Source of the DNA: an archaeon | Lineage (GTDB): Archaea > SpSt-1190 > DYHY01 | Length of the DNA stretch: 25,552 bases | Direction of reading: 5' to 3' | NCBI GenBank assembly: GCA_043803745.1 | Contig: JAZDJS010000001.1 | Coordinates: forward strand, 1 to 25,552 | In this document: piece by piece, positions 1 to 8,740 of the stretch | Layout: every line of letters begins with the position of its first letter | Position numbering within the stretch: position 1 is the first letter of the stretch | The notes under the pieces: model-generated | The model's input: the letters and a program-made list of their open reading frames with translations, nothing else | The model's database searches: none | What the model was told of the DNA's origin: nothing | Position numbers and translations under genes: made by a program

Positions 1-944
1 TTGTACGAGTAGAGCTCGCTTTTGTCATAGGTCCCCTTCAGAATCTGACGGTAAGTGCCATTAGCAATCTTGACTCTCTCGCATTCGTGCCGCTTCGCCG
101 GGTCGCTCTCGTCATAAGTGAAAAGCTTGCTGTCGTATATCTGGTCATATTCGCGGAAAAGCTGATTCACCTTCTGGGCGATAGAGATGCTCGGATTCGC
201 ATCATAAGCTGCTACGATTTCCTTGAGTGTCTCGTTCGGTTTCGCCTCGTGTTGCCTATCCTCGACAGTACGGATGAAGATTATGCGGTTAAGGATTATC
301 TGGGCGATCTCCTCAAGATCCTCCGAGGATAGTGTGTTCCCCGGGTTCTCCTCCTTGATGGAGTAGATGAGTTTCTTTCTCCAGGTCAAGATGTCGTCAA
401 GAAGCTCCTCGCCAATCTGGACCGACATCTTCACTCTTCCGTCCGTCTCAGCCCGCTTGTCCAGTTCCCCGGTAAGGCAGTTCTCTTTCGAAAGCAGGAG
501 GATATCATCGAGTCTGCCCGCTTCCAGGTCCTCGAATTTGATCGCCTTGAAAACGTGCCTTAACAGGCTGGTCTCTTTTGTGTCGCAGATGAGTATCTTC
601 GTCTCCAGGAAATTGGAGAGAACAGCCCAGCGTTTGCCTGCGTTCCTCCCGTAGTTGAGCGCCTGCTTCACGTCCTCGTCAGTCAGGGGTCGGAGCTTCT
701 TAGCTTCTAGGAAAAACGCTATCTTCCCGTCCAGCATCGGGACATAATCGGGTCGCCCTTCCGCCTTCGAAACCTGACCGGGGAACTCCTCCGGGTTCGC
801 CGTATCCCAGCCAAGGGCGGTGAATAAGGGAAGAAGGAACGTCCTACAAACCTCATCTTCCGAATGGGTCTTTGGGCCTAAAACCTTGTACTTTTGAGCG
901 AGAGACTTAATTGCTTGCTCAAACTGGGCTTTATCCAAAGACAC
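1..944 (-). CDS. Type IIG/IIL-like restriction-modification enzyme, N-terminal part (HsdR_N-like PD-(D/E)xK nuclease domain plus helical linker); runs off the window edge
   Basis: Manual translation from GTG at 944 is open to the window end: MSLDKAQFEQ...SEDEVCRTFLLPLFTALGWD...GRPDY...FFLEAKK...QALNYGRNAGKRWAVLSNF...AQIILNRIIFIRTVEDR...YDSKLF...ELYSY. The motifs E..F..PLF..LGW, PDY, EAK, QA..Y, L(S/T)NF and R.IF.R..EDR are typical of fused REase-MTase enzymes. The MTase domain would lie outside the window. Confidence 0.85.
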   Translation of the reverse strand, partial: MSLDKAQFEQAIKSLAQKYKVLGPKTHSEDEVCRTFLLPLFTALGWDTANPEEFPGQVSKAEGRPDYVPMLDGKIAFFLEAKKLRPLTDEDVKQALNYGRNAGKRWAVLSNFLETKILICDTKETSLLRHVFKAIKFEDLEAGRLDDILLLSKENCLTGELDKRAETDGRVKMSVQIGEELLDDILTWRKKLIYSIKEENPGNTLSSEDLEEIAQIILNRIIFIRTVEDRQHEAKPNETLKEIVAAYDANPSISIAQKVNQLFREYDQIYDSKLFTYDESDPAKRHECERVKIANGTYRQILKGTYDKSELYSY

Positions 945-1032
945 AACGACCGATAGGCAAACGGATTAAAAAGACTTCTCACGAAATTTGTATAGGAACC
1001 GTCTTATTTGCTATAGCCAAATACGAGCGTAA

Positions 1033-1099
1033 CTAATAAGTAGTTGGACTTTTTAGGCAAATCAACGACTTTATGGGCAAACACTACTTATTAGGCAAA
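1033..1099. repeat. 12-bp perfect inverted repeat overlapping three imperfect 15-bp direct repeats
   Basis: CTAATAAGTAGT (1033-1044) pairs with ACTACTTATTAG (1083-1094). Direct repeats: GACTTTTTAGGCAAA (1047-1061), GACTTTATGGGCAAA (1067-1081), TACTTATTAGGCAAA (1085-1099). Confidence 0.75.
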
Positions 1100-1114
1100 G
1101 CCGAGGTTTTCTTC

Positions 1115-3004
1115 TCAGCAAATCAGGGTTCCGGGCTTTATCTGCTTCCCCGGGTGTATGAGGGAAAGCTGACCCTCCTTCTCATCCCAGGCCGCAAGGA
1201 GCATTCCGTTGCTCTCGACCCCTCGGATTTTTGCAGGCTCAAGGTTCGCGATCACTATTATCTGCTTCCCGACGAGTTCCTCCGGAGTGTAGACCGGGTA
1301 TATTCCGGAGACAATTGTCCTCGGCGCGGCCTCCCCAATGTCGAGCGCAAGTTTCAGGAGCTTGTTCGCCCCCGGGACCTGCTCAGCCGAAAGTATTGTC
1401 GCGACCTTCAGCTCCGCCTTTCTGAAATCCTCAATTGATATTTTCCCTTCCATTTTCCCTGTTTCCTCAGCTTCCTTTTTTCCGATGACTTCGATTTTCC
1501 TGAAAAGAATTTCCGGCTTGCCGAGTTTGAACTCGGATTCGTCCGAAAGGGCAAGGTCAATGCCGATTTCTTCGCCGATTCCAAGCATCTTCAGGCACCG
1601 CTCGGCCGAGTCGGGCACGAACGGCAAAAGAAGGACTGCGCAGGATTTGCAGATCTCTGCAGAGATAAAAAGGACTTTCTCGCATTCAGCCTTGTCGGTT
1701 TTCACAAGCTCCCACGGCCGTTTCTCCTGGAAATACTTGTTTGCCGCGCTCGAGAGCGACAGGACCTCCTCGAGGGCTTCCCGGAGCTTCAGCTCCCTGA
1801 AAAGCGCTTCGACTTTTCTGGCAGTCGAAGCCCGTTTCCCGAGGAGATTCTCTTCATCCCCGCCAAGACCTTCGGGTTTCTTCAAAACTCCCGAAAAATT
1901 CTTCTCGGCAAAAGTCATTGTCCGGTATGCAAGGTTCCCGAAGTTCGCTACAAGCTCGTTGTTCACCCGCTCGATAAGGACCCGTTCGGAATAGTCCCCG
2001 TCCTCGAAAGGGGATATCTCCCGGAGGAGGAAATACCTGACCGAGTCAACCCCGAACTTGCCAACCGCATCTTCAGGGGAGACGATATTCCCGATCGATT
2101 TGGACATCTTCTGCCCTTCAACCGTAATGTATCCGTGCACGAAGATTTCCTTCGGAGGCTCGACTCCCGCTGAGAGGAGCATTGCGGGCCAGTAGACTGC
2201 GTGGAAGCGGATTATGCCCTTGCCAATCACATGGAGATCGGCAGGCCAGTTTTTCTTGAACTCAGTTTCATCCTGTCCGTAGCCAATCCCGGTAATGTAA
2301 TTCCCCAGGGCGTCGTACCAGACGTAAATCATCTGGCTTGCGTCGCCGGGGACGGGAATTCCCCATCCTTTCATCCGGGCAACCGGGCGCGAAACGCTGA
2401 AATCCTCAAGGCCCGCCCTGATAAACGAGAGAACCTCGTTCTTCCTGGTTTCCGGCACTATCTTCAGCTTGTCGGATTCAATCAATTCCTCAAGCTTCTT
2501 TTGGTATTTCGAAAGCCGAAAAAAATAGTTCTCCTCGACAATCCCCTCGGGCTCCTTCAGGTGTTCCGGGCATTTCCCGTCTACGAGGTCCTTTTCAGTT
2601 ACGAAAGCCTCGCACCCGACGCAGTAGAGGCCGGAATAGCTTTTCTTGTAGATGTCCCCCCGGGCGAAGCAGGCTTTCCAGAGCGCTTCGACGCCCGTCC
2701 AGTGCCGGACCTTGTCGGTAGTCCTGATGAAATCGTCGTTCGAAATTGAAAGTAGCTTCGTCAGTCTGACGAATTCCCCCGTGTTCCTGTCAACAAGCTC
2801 CTGGGTCGGGATTCCCGCTGCCTCGGCCGAGAGGACGTTCTTCTGCGCGTTCTCATCAGTTCCGGTAAGGAAGAAAACCTCCCTTCCCAAAAGCCTCTGG
2901 AAGCGGGCAATTACATCCGTCTGTATGAACTCGAGGGCATGGCCTATGTGTGGCGCTGCGTTGACATAAGGGATTGCGGTCGTTATGTAGAATTTTCCAG
3001 CCAT
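1115..3004 (-). CDS. metG: Methionine--tRNA ligase with C-terminal OB-fold tRNA-binding (Trbp111-like) domain
   Basis: YITTAIPYVN..PHIGH, GTDE, single knuckle CVGC..CPEH, YVWYDAL, IGKGIIRFH, KMSKS; C-terminal ANLEPAKIRGVESNGMLL. Confidence 0.97.
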   Translation of the reverse strand: MAGKFYITTAIPYVNAAPHIGHALEFIQTDVIARFQRLLGREVFFLTGTDENAQKNVLSAEAAGIPTQELVDRNTGEFVRLTKLLSISNDDFIRTTDKVRHWTGVEALWKACFARGDIYKKSYSGLYCVGCEAFVTEKDLVDGKCPEHLKEPEGIVEENYFFRLSKYQKKLEELIESDKLKIVPETRKNEVLSFIRAGLEDFSVSRPVARMKGWGIPVPGDASQMIYVWYDALGNYITGIGYGQDETEFKKNWPADLHVIGKGIIRFHAVYWPAMLLSAGVEPPKEIFVHGYITVEGQKMSKSIGNIVSPEDAVGKFGVDSVRYFLLREISPFEDGDYSERVLIERVNNELVANFGNLAYRTMTFAEKNFSGVLKKPEGLGGDEENLLGKRASTARKVEALFRELKLREALEEVLSLSSAANKYFQEKRPWELVKTDKAECEKVLFISAEICKSCAVLLLPFVPDSAERCLKMLGIGEEIGIDLALSDESEFKLGKPEILFRKIEVIGKKEAEETGKMEGKISIEDFRKAELKVATILSAEQVPGANKLLKLALDIGEAAPRTIVSGIYPVYTPEELVGKQIIVIANLEPAKIRGVESNGMLLAAWDEKEGQLSLIHPGKQIKPGTLIC

Positions 3005-3109
3005 CTGGCAAAAGCCTGATTGGGTGTTTATATTTCTTAATTTCCCTAGAGCATAATAGGGGAAAACCGCACCAAAAACCCTTTTATTTGGCTGCCTACA
3101 GCCAGTTGG

Positions 3110-4183
3110 ATGCCGGCAAAGAACCTCTCAGCGGCAATTGTCTCAGCAGCAGAGGGGATCAGGAACAAGGAAATCGAGCGCAAGGCAGCCTCGGAATTCC
3201 TCCAAAGCATTTCCTTCGAATCAGCCGCCAAGATTCTCCCCGGAATCGCCCTGGAAGGCGCGCTCTTCCTCCAGGTCCCGAAGGAAAACTTCTCAGGCAA
3301 GATTCTCGGGGTTGATGGCGGGATGCTGAAGGAACAGTATCACGGCGTTGACCTAATCCTTCTCCGGGCAGTAGGAGTCCTTTTCGAATATTCCGCCGGA
3401 AAGCTCGCCAAGCACGCATACTTCCCCTCCGAAAACCCGGTTCCCGAACCGACGACAATTGTCAACGCCGAAAGCGAAATGGACTTTCTGCTCGCGGCAA
3501 ACATCCTCCGTCCCAAGAAGGAATTTGAAACTGCTCTCGCTGCAGCGAGAGAATTCCTGCCAGAAATCCTCGTGATGCACGGCTCAATCGTTCCTCACCC
3601 GGCAAACCGGGCTGGCGAGAGCAGCCCCCTGCGGCGAGAATATCTGGAAATGCTTGAGGCATACAAAGCGCTCTATTCGTTCTGCCTTGAGAAGGGAATC
3701 CTTCTCTGCGGGGTTGTCGAAGACTCCCGCGACAATGGCTTTTACCAGGCGGTTTCCGCCAATTCCCCGAAAGCACCGAAAACGAACTGCCGGGATTCGG
3801 TAATCCTCTTCGATGCGCTTGCTACGGGAGAACGGACCTGCGCCCTGAAACATTCCGGACATTCCCAGCTGGAAAACGGCCTTGGGCGACTTGCCCGTCA
3901 GGTCTCCTCATTCTATCTCAAGCCAGCCGAGTTCGATAGGCCTGTCAAGGTCGATTTCCTCTCCGAATCTTCAGATTCCAGAACTGCTGAAAAGGTTGCT
4001 AGGGCAATCTACAACACATCCAGATTCAACCGGAGCTACGGAATCCCGACGGTTACGATAGAAGCCGACGCACGCGCCAAGCTGAAAGAGGAGGACATCG
4101 AGCTAATCTTCCAGCAGATTTCCGATAGGGCTGGAGCGACCCCCCTTTCCTTGGCGCTCAGAAGGAAGAACAGGCCTTTCTGA
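3110..4183 (+). CDS. nurA: NurA-family nuclease
   Basis: ILGVDGG, RNase H-like motif ILVMHGSI, GVVEDS, D..LF..L..GERT, FYLK..FDRPVKVD, YGIP...IEADARA; adjacent to herA. Confidence 0.88.
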   Translation: MPAKNLSAAIVSAAEGIRNKEIERKAASEFLQSISFESAAKILPGIALEGALFLQVPKENFSGKILGVDGGMLKEQYHGVDLILLRAVGVLFEYSAGKLAKHAYFPSENPVPEPTTIVNAESEMDFLLAANILRPKKEFETALAAAREFLPEILVMHGSIVPHPANRAGESSPLRREYLEMLEAYKALYSFCLEKGILLCGVVEDSRDNGFYQAVSANSPKAPKTNCRDSVILFDALATGERTCALKHSGHSQLENGLGRLARQVSSFYLKPAEFDRPVKVDFLSESSDSRTAEKVARAIYNTSRFNRSYGIPTVTIEADARAKLKEEDIELIFQQISDRAGATPLSLALRRKNRPF

Positions 4184-4290
4184 GGTCGACATTCGCAATA
4201 ATACGTAAGATAGCTGCGAATACCGGTTGAGCCTGGAGCGAAATCGGTAATCCTCTGCAGAGGAATACCGGCAAAGTCCACCCGAAAAGA

Positions 4291-4298
4291 CTTTTATT
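4291..4298 (+). promoter_or_regulatory. Putative TATA box (with upstream BRE) for herA
   Basis: CGAAAAGA-CTTTTATT, 23-30 nt upstream of ATG 4321. The similar CTTTTATT lies about 25 nt upstream of nurA. Confidence 0.5.
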
Positions 4299-4320
4299 CC
4301 CGTACTTTAGCACGGAGTGA

Positions 4321-5850
4321 ATGCTGGAACTGCGGGAAATCGGAAAAGCCATTTCAAGCCTAGAGGGCCCAAGCCCTGACGGATTTTCTTTCGTTATTGA
4401 CAGGGCCGATTTCATTCCTGCAAGACGGGACCAGTTCGTTTCAGTGGAGTTCGAGGACGGGACGGTTGTCGCAAGAATAGAGAACATCAGGAAGACCAAC
4501 AAGTATTTCGCCCGTGCTGAAACCGTCAGGGAATATGGCAAGGACACGGACCTTTCAAGCCTCTTCCCGATAGATTCTTGGGAATTCCTTGTCGCGGATG
4601 CCCGCGTCCTTGGCGTCTTTGCCTCGGACGGGAAGATAATCCGCTCAACTTATCCTATTTCCCCCGGAGCAGCTGTCAAGGAAATTGAAGGCGCCCGCCT
4701 CTCCAAATTCCTGGGTTTCGAGGAGAAAGGGCTCGACATTGGCAGAGTCGAACACCACGACATCCCCGTCAAAATAAACCCGACCCGCCTCCTGCAAAAG
4801 CATCTGGCAATACTCGCGATGAGCGGAGCGGGAAAAAGCCACCTCACCCGCGTCCTTATCGAGGAGCTCCTTGACCGGAAGAAGGAGCAAGGGAGGCTTG
4901 CGGTAGTTGTAATTGACGTCCATGGCGAATATTCAAGCTTCGCAGACCCCGGCCTTTACAACGGAAGGACAACCCTTGTCGATTGCGCGAAATTCAAGAT
5001 TCCCGTCCCGGACCTCTCCGCCCGGGAAATATGCACATTCAACCCTTCGATAACGGCATCCCAAAGGCGCCTCATCAACTCTGCAATTGCAACTCTCAAG
5101 AAGAACCAAAGGGAAACAGGGAAAGCATATGAAATCTCGGACATCGTCCGGGAAATAGAAGCGGCTGAAGAGGGGAAGAAGGATTCGAAAACGGTTGCAA
5201 TAGGCTGGCTGGAGGACCTGGATTCCTCAAGGATTTTCTCCGCAACGGGATTTCCCGCAGTTTCCGAGATAATCGCCCCCGGAATCCTCACAGTCTTCGA
5301 CCTTTCCGGGATAACAAGCACGCACACCAAGCAGATAATCGTAAGCTACGTTTCCCGCAAGCTTTTCGAGCTCCGCAAGCGGAATGCCTGTCCCCCATAT
5401 GCCGAGATTGTCGAGGAAGCGCACAACTTCGTCCCCCAGGGCGAGTCGCGGGAAAACGCGGTTGCAAGGTGGATTCTTGAGGTCGTTGCCCGCGAAGGCA
5501 GGAAGTTCTGCGCATCCCTCGTCTTGATTTCCCAGAGGCCGGTCCGCCTTTCGACGACAATCCTCTCCCAGTGCAACACGCACATAATCCTCCGGGTGAC
5601 AAACCCGAACGACCTTGACCACATCGGCCAATCTTCCGAAGGAATCAGTAGCGACACACTTTCAAGCATAACGGGCCTCCGGGTCGGGGAAGCTCTCCTT
5701 GTCGGCGAGGGTGTCAACTACCCGACATTCGTCAAAATAAGGGATAGGAAAAGCCCGCCCCCGAGGCATTCCCTCGGGATTGAGGAGGCTGCCAGGGCTT
5801 TTGAGGAGCGCGCCTCAAAACGGGCGGAGGACGCGGACGCGTTCGTTTGA
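4321..5850 (+). CDS. herA: HerA helicase/translocase (HAS barrel plus FtsK/HerA ATPase)
   Basis: N-terminal beta-rich HAS-like domain, H.AILAMSGAGKS (Walker A), IDVHGEY, EEAH (Walker B), AREGRKF, ISQRP, SQCNT. Confidence 0.95.
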   Translation: MLELREIGKAISSLEGPSPDGFSFVIDRADFIPARRDQFVSVEFEDGTVVARIENIRKTNKYFARAETVREYGKDTDLSSLFPIDSWEFLVADARVLGVFASDGKIIRSTYPISPGAAVKEIEGARLSKFLGFEEKGLDIGRVEHHDIPVKINPTRLLQKHLAILAMSGAGKSHLTRVLIEELLDRKKEQGRLAVVVIDVHGEYSSFADPGLYNGRTTLVDCAKFKIPVPDLSAREICTFNPSITASQRRLINSAIATLKKNQRETGKAYEISDIVREIEAAEEGKKDSKTVAIGWLEDLDSSRIFSATGFPAVSEIIAPGILTVFDLSGITSTHTKQIIVSYVSRKLFELRKRNACPPYAEIVEEAHNFVPQGESRENAVARWILEVVAREGRKFCASLVLISQRPVRLSTTILSQCNTHIILRVTNPNDLDHIGQSSEGISSDTLSSITGLRVGEALLVGEGVNYPTFVKIRDRKSPPPRHSLGIEEAARAFEERASKRAEDADAFV

Positions 5851-6067
5851 AAAAGAAGCAGAGTTTGAAGCAAGGTCCCGAGCAGCAAGAATCTCCAGTC
5901 ACCTGCGGGGAAATGCGGATGCTTTCATCTAAGCAAAGGCATTCAGTTCGTTTCCAGGCGGGCCAGGCGAAATCCCCGGGTTTCCAGAAGGAAAGTTCCA
6001 GCCCCTCTTTTTCCGGCTTCTGGCAGATATAAACCGGAAAAATTCCCTACAAAAAACTTAAAAGCGA

Positions 6068-7753
6068 TTGGCAGAGGAAAAAATTCCTGCAAAATATTGT
6101 CGAAAGGGGCGCGAACAGAAACAAGAAATGTCTTCTTCATCTCAATCGTCACAATTAACCCAAACGCCGGCAGCATCCGGAGGCCAGGAAAGGGAAAAGG
6201 AGCATCCGAACGGGGAACAAGTCCTAATCCGGACAAAGGAAACGCCTCCGCACGCTTTCGCCAAGGCAAGATGGCCCTTCATGGGAATGACCCCGGAAGG
6301 GATGATGACAATTGATGGAATCCCGGTCAAGGAGCTTGCCAACAGGTTCGGCACCCCGGTTTACGTCCTTTCCGAGAAAACCCTCCGGGCAAGGATGCGC
6401 GCCTTCAAGGCGGCGTTCCCATACAAGAAGCTGGAAGTCCAGTATGCGGCCAAATGCAATTCAAATCTCTCAATCTTAAGAATCTGCCAGGAGGAAGGAA
6501 TCGAGATTGACGCATCAAGCGTCGGGGAGATAATCCTCGCAATCCTCGCGGACCACAAACCCGAGCAGATAACGTTCACGAACCTCTACAAGACGGCCCA
6601 GGACATCCTCTTCGCCGCAAGGGTCGGCGTCAAGGCGATAACGATAGACTGCGAAGAGGAGATAGAGCGCGTCGAGAAGGTCGGCGAATACCTCAACAGG
6701 AAAATCGGGATTTTCTTCAGGGTGAACCCCCTGATACGCCTGGGGCGCTACTCGACGCTCCACCACAAATACGGGATCCCCCTCGACATTGCAAAGCCCT
6801 TGATTGACAAGGTCCTGGCAAGCCCGCACCTCGAGCTCCTGGGCTTTCATTTCCACGGGGCATATGTCGAGAGTTCCTGGGTCTACGTCGTGGCTGCCGA
6901 GAAGTTGCTCAGGCTTGCCAAATATGTCAGGGACAAGTCCGGAAAGACGATAAAATACATCGACCTTGGCGGGGGATTCCCGATTGAGCATGACGGAAAG
7001 AGCAAGGCGTTCGACTTTTCTGTCGAGGGACCCAAGATAATTCTCAAGTTCAAGGAGCTTGTCGAAAAATACGGTTTCGCAAAAGGGCAGGAACCGACGC
7101 TGATTTTCGAGCCGGGAAAGGTCCTGGTCGGCAACGCGGGGGTCGGCCTTGCAAAGGCAGTTTCGGTCAAGCCCCTCGGGCCCAAGAAGACGGTCGTCCT
7201 CGACGGTTCGACATATGCGTTCGTCCCCGACGCCCTTTTCTACCAGTGGTATTACGAGATAATCTGCGCATCCAAGATGAACCAGAAGCACGGGGCAATC
7301 TTCGACATTGCCGGGAACACCTGCGACAGCGAGGACATCCTCGGCTTCAACAGGAAGCTTCCGGAAAGCACCGTTCCAGGAGACATTTTCTGCATAATGG
7401 ATTGCGGCTCATACAGCAACGTGATTGCATCGAATTTCAACACCCTCAAGCGGGCCCCGATAGTGATGATAACTGAAAAAGGCGAGCTCAAGCTCGTCCG
7501 GCGCAGGGAAAGGTATGCCGACATGTTCGCTCCCGAGTTGGATGTCCTGAAGATGGCGGAGCCCCATGAGCTGAAGAGCCTGACTAATCTGACGCGCCTA
7601 GGGCTTGGCAAGGACATCCTGGGAGAGGAGCAGCCGGCTCAGGTAAAGGAGGAGCATCAGCCCCTAGTTCCGCCGAAGGAGATTCCAGTTGTGAGCGTCC
7701 ATCCGCACCAGCATCCGGACCAACAGGCCCAGAAGCCGAAGCAAGCGGACTAG
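6068..7753 (+). CDS. Fold-type III (alanine-racemase fold) PLP-dependent basic amino-acid decarboxylase (Orn/Lys/Arg/DAP family); start may be ATG 6128
   Basis: FGTPVYV, YAAKCN (PLP Lys), DASSVGE, KYGI, GFHFH, IDLGGGF, EPGK, GNTCDSED, GSYS...SNFN. Confidence 0.9.
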   Translation: MAEEKIPAKYCRKGREQKQEMSSSSQSSQLTQTPAASGGQEREKEHPNGEQVLIRTKETPPHAFAKARWPFMGMTPEGMMTIDGIPVKELANRFGTPVYVLSEKTLRARMRAFKAAFPYKKLEVQYAAKCNSNLSILRICQEEGIEIDASSVGEIILAILADHKPEQITFTNLYKTAQDILFAARVGVKAITIDCEEEIERVEKVGEYLNRKIGIFFRVNPLIRLGRYSTLHHKYGIPLDIAKPLIDKVLASPHLELLGFHFHGAYVESSWVYVVAAEKLLRLAKYVRDKSGKTIKYIDLGGGFPIEHDGKSKAFDFSVEGPKIILKFKELVEKYGFAKGQEPTLIFEPGKVLVGNAGVGLAKAVSVKPLGPKKTVVLDGSTYAFVPDALFYQWYYEIICASKMNQKHGAIFDIAGNTCDSEDILGFNRKLPESTVPGDIFCIMDCGSYSNVIASNFNTLKRAPIVMITEKGELKLVRRRERYADMFAPELDVLKMAEPHELKSLTNLTRLGLGKDILGEEQPAQVKEEHQPLVPPKEIPVVSVHPHQHPDQQAQKPKQAD

Positions 7754-7765
7754 GTCAGACCGGTC

Positions 7766-8740
7766 CTATCGCTTATCAGAAATCCCCGCGACAATCAAAG
7801 GCAATGCAAGCGTTGCTTCCGCTTCAACAAACGCGCTGTTCCTCCTGTCTTTCAGCTTGTTCCAGCTGACCGCCTCGGTCGGCCGCGCCCCTGAAAGGGA
7901 GCCGTCCCCGGCAGTTCCGGTCGAAACATATACCGCATAATCAAGCCCGTTCCGGAGTATTGCCGCGCCAATCAGATGGTGTTTCGCGATTCCGCCCCCG
8001 ATTATCAGCCCGGCGGTCTTTTCAGCCGAGATTATTAGGTCATAGAATTTCTTGAGCTCCTCGGACTGGTTCACCACAAGCTTCTTTGCGCGCCCTTGAT
8101 TGTAGAAGTAGATATGGTCGCCAATTGCCCCGTCAACGAATCCGGGAAGGAAGACCGGAATCTTGTTTTTCGCAGCCCAATAAAGGAATGATTTTCCATC
8201 CGCCAATCTCTCCCCAGCCCGCCTGCAATACTCGTTCGGGACAAGGTTCTCCCCGAACTCCGGGAGGAAGGAATTGTCGAAATCCTCAAGCCAGCAATAT
8301 GCCTCGTCCGGGACGAAGACGTTCCCTATCCGGTTGAGCCCGCGCTTCTTCGTCAAAGTGTCATCCTCGTCGAATTCCCCGAGAAAAAAGTCGAATTTTG
8401 TCTTCATTATGTCCTCCTCAATAGAGCCGGTTGTCGTGACAATTGCGTCAACAAGCTTCCGCTCGCACATTGCAGCAACCACCTCCCGGAGGCCGGAGGA
8501 AACGATGTTCGAGGTTATTGACATGAAGACCGCCGCCTTTTCCTTCCTAGCTTCCTTCAGAATCTCAACTGCCCGCCCGAGCTGGGTTGCCTGGAAGCCG
8601 AGGGTTGCGGAAGCTGCGAGGAACTCGGAAACCTTCATCCCCCCCGACGGCGAAAAACCGCGGGCAGCTGGAAGCAAGTTTCTCTTTTCGGATAGTTTCC
8701 TTTTGAACGAGATGTTTCTGTCTGTTTTCTTCGGGACCAT
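7766..8740 (-). CDS. dys: Deoxyhypusine synthase (DHS family)
   Basis: GFQATQLG, TSNIVSSGLRE, GSIEED, NRIGNVFVP, DGAIGD, GGGIAKHH, DGSLSGARPTEAVSWNK (catalytic Lys), EAEAT. Confidence 0.93.
   Translation of the reverse strand: MVPKKTDRNISFKRKLSEKRNLLPAARGFSPSGGMKVSEFLAASATLGFQATQLGRAVEILKEARKEKAAVFMSITSNIVSSGLREVVAAMCERKLVDAIVTTTGSIEEDIMKTKFDFFLGEFDEDDTLTKKRGLNRIGNVFVPDEAYCWLEDFDNSFLPEFGENLVPNEYCRRAGERLADGKSFLYWAAKNKIPVFLPGFVDGAIGDHIYFYNQGRAKKLVVNQSEELKKFYDLIISAEKTAGLIIGGGIAKHHLIGAAILRNGLDYAVYVSTGTAGDGSLSGARPTEAVSWNKLKDRRNSAFVEAEATLALPLIVAGISDKR

Noticed and set aside
5847-6032. 61-aa ORF overlapping the herA stop, with two possible hairpins in the same gap; GAAGGAAAGTTCC resembles the RNase P consensus
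   Set aside because: Low-complexity peptide with no recognisable motif. The other RNase P, lysine or SAM riboswitch elements are absent.
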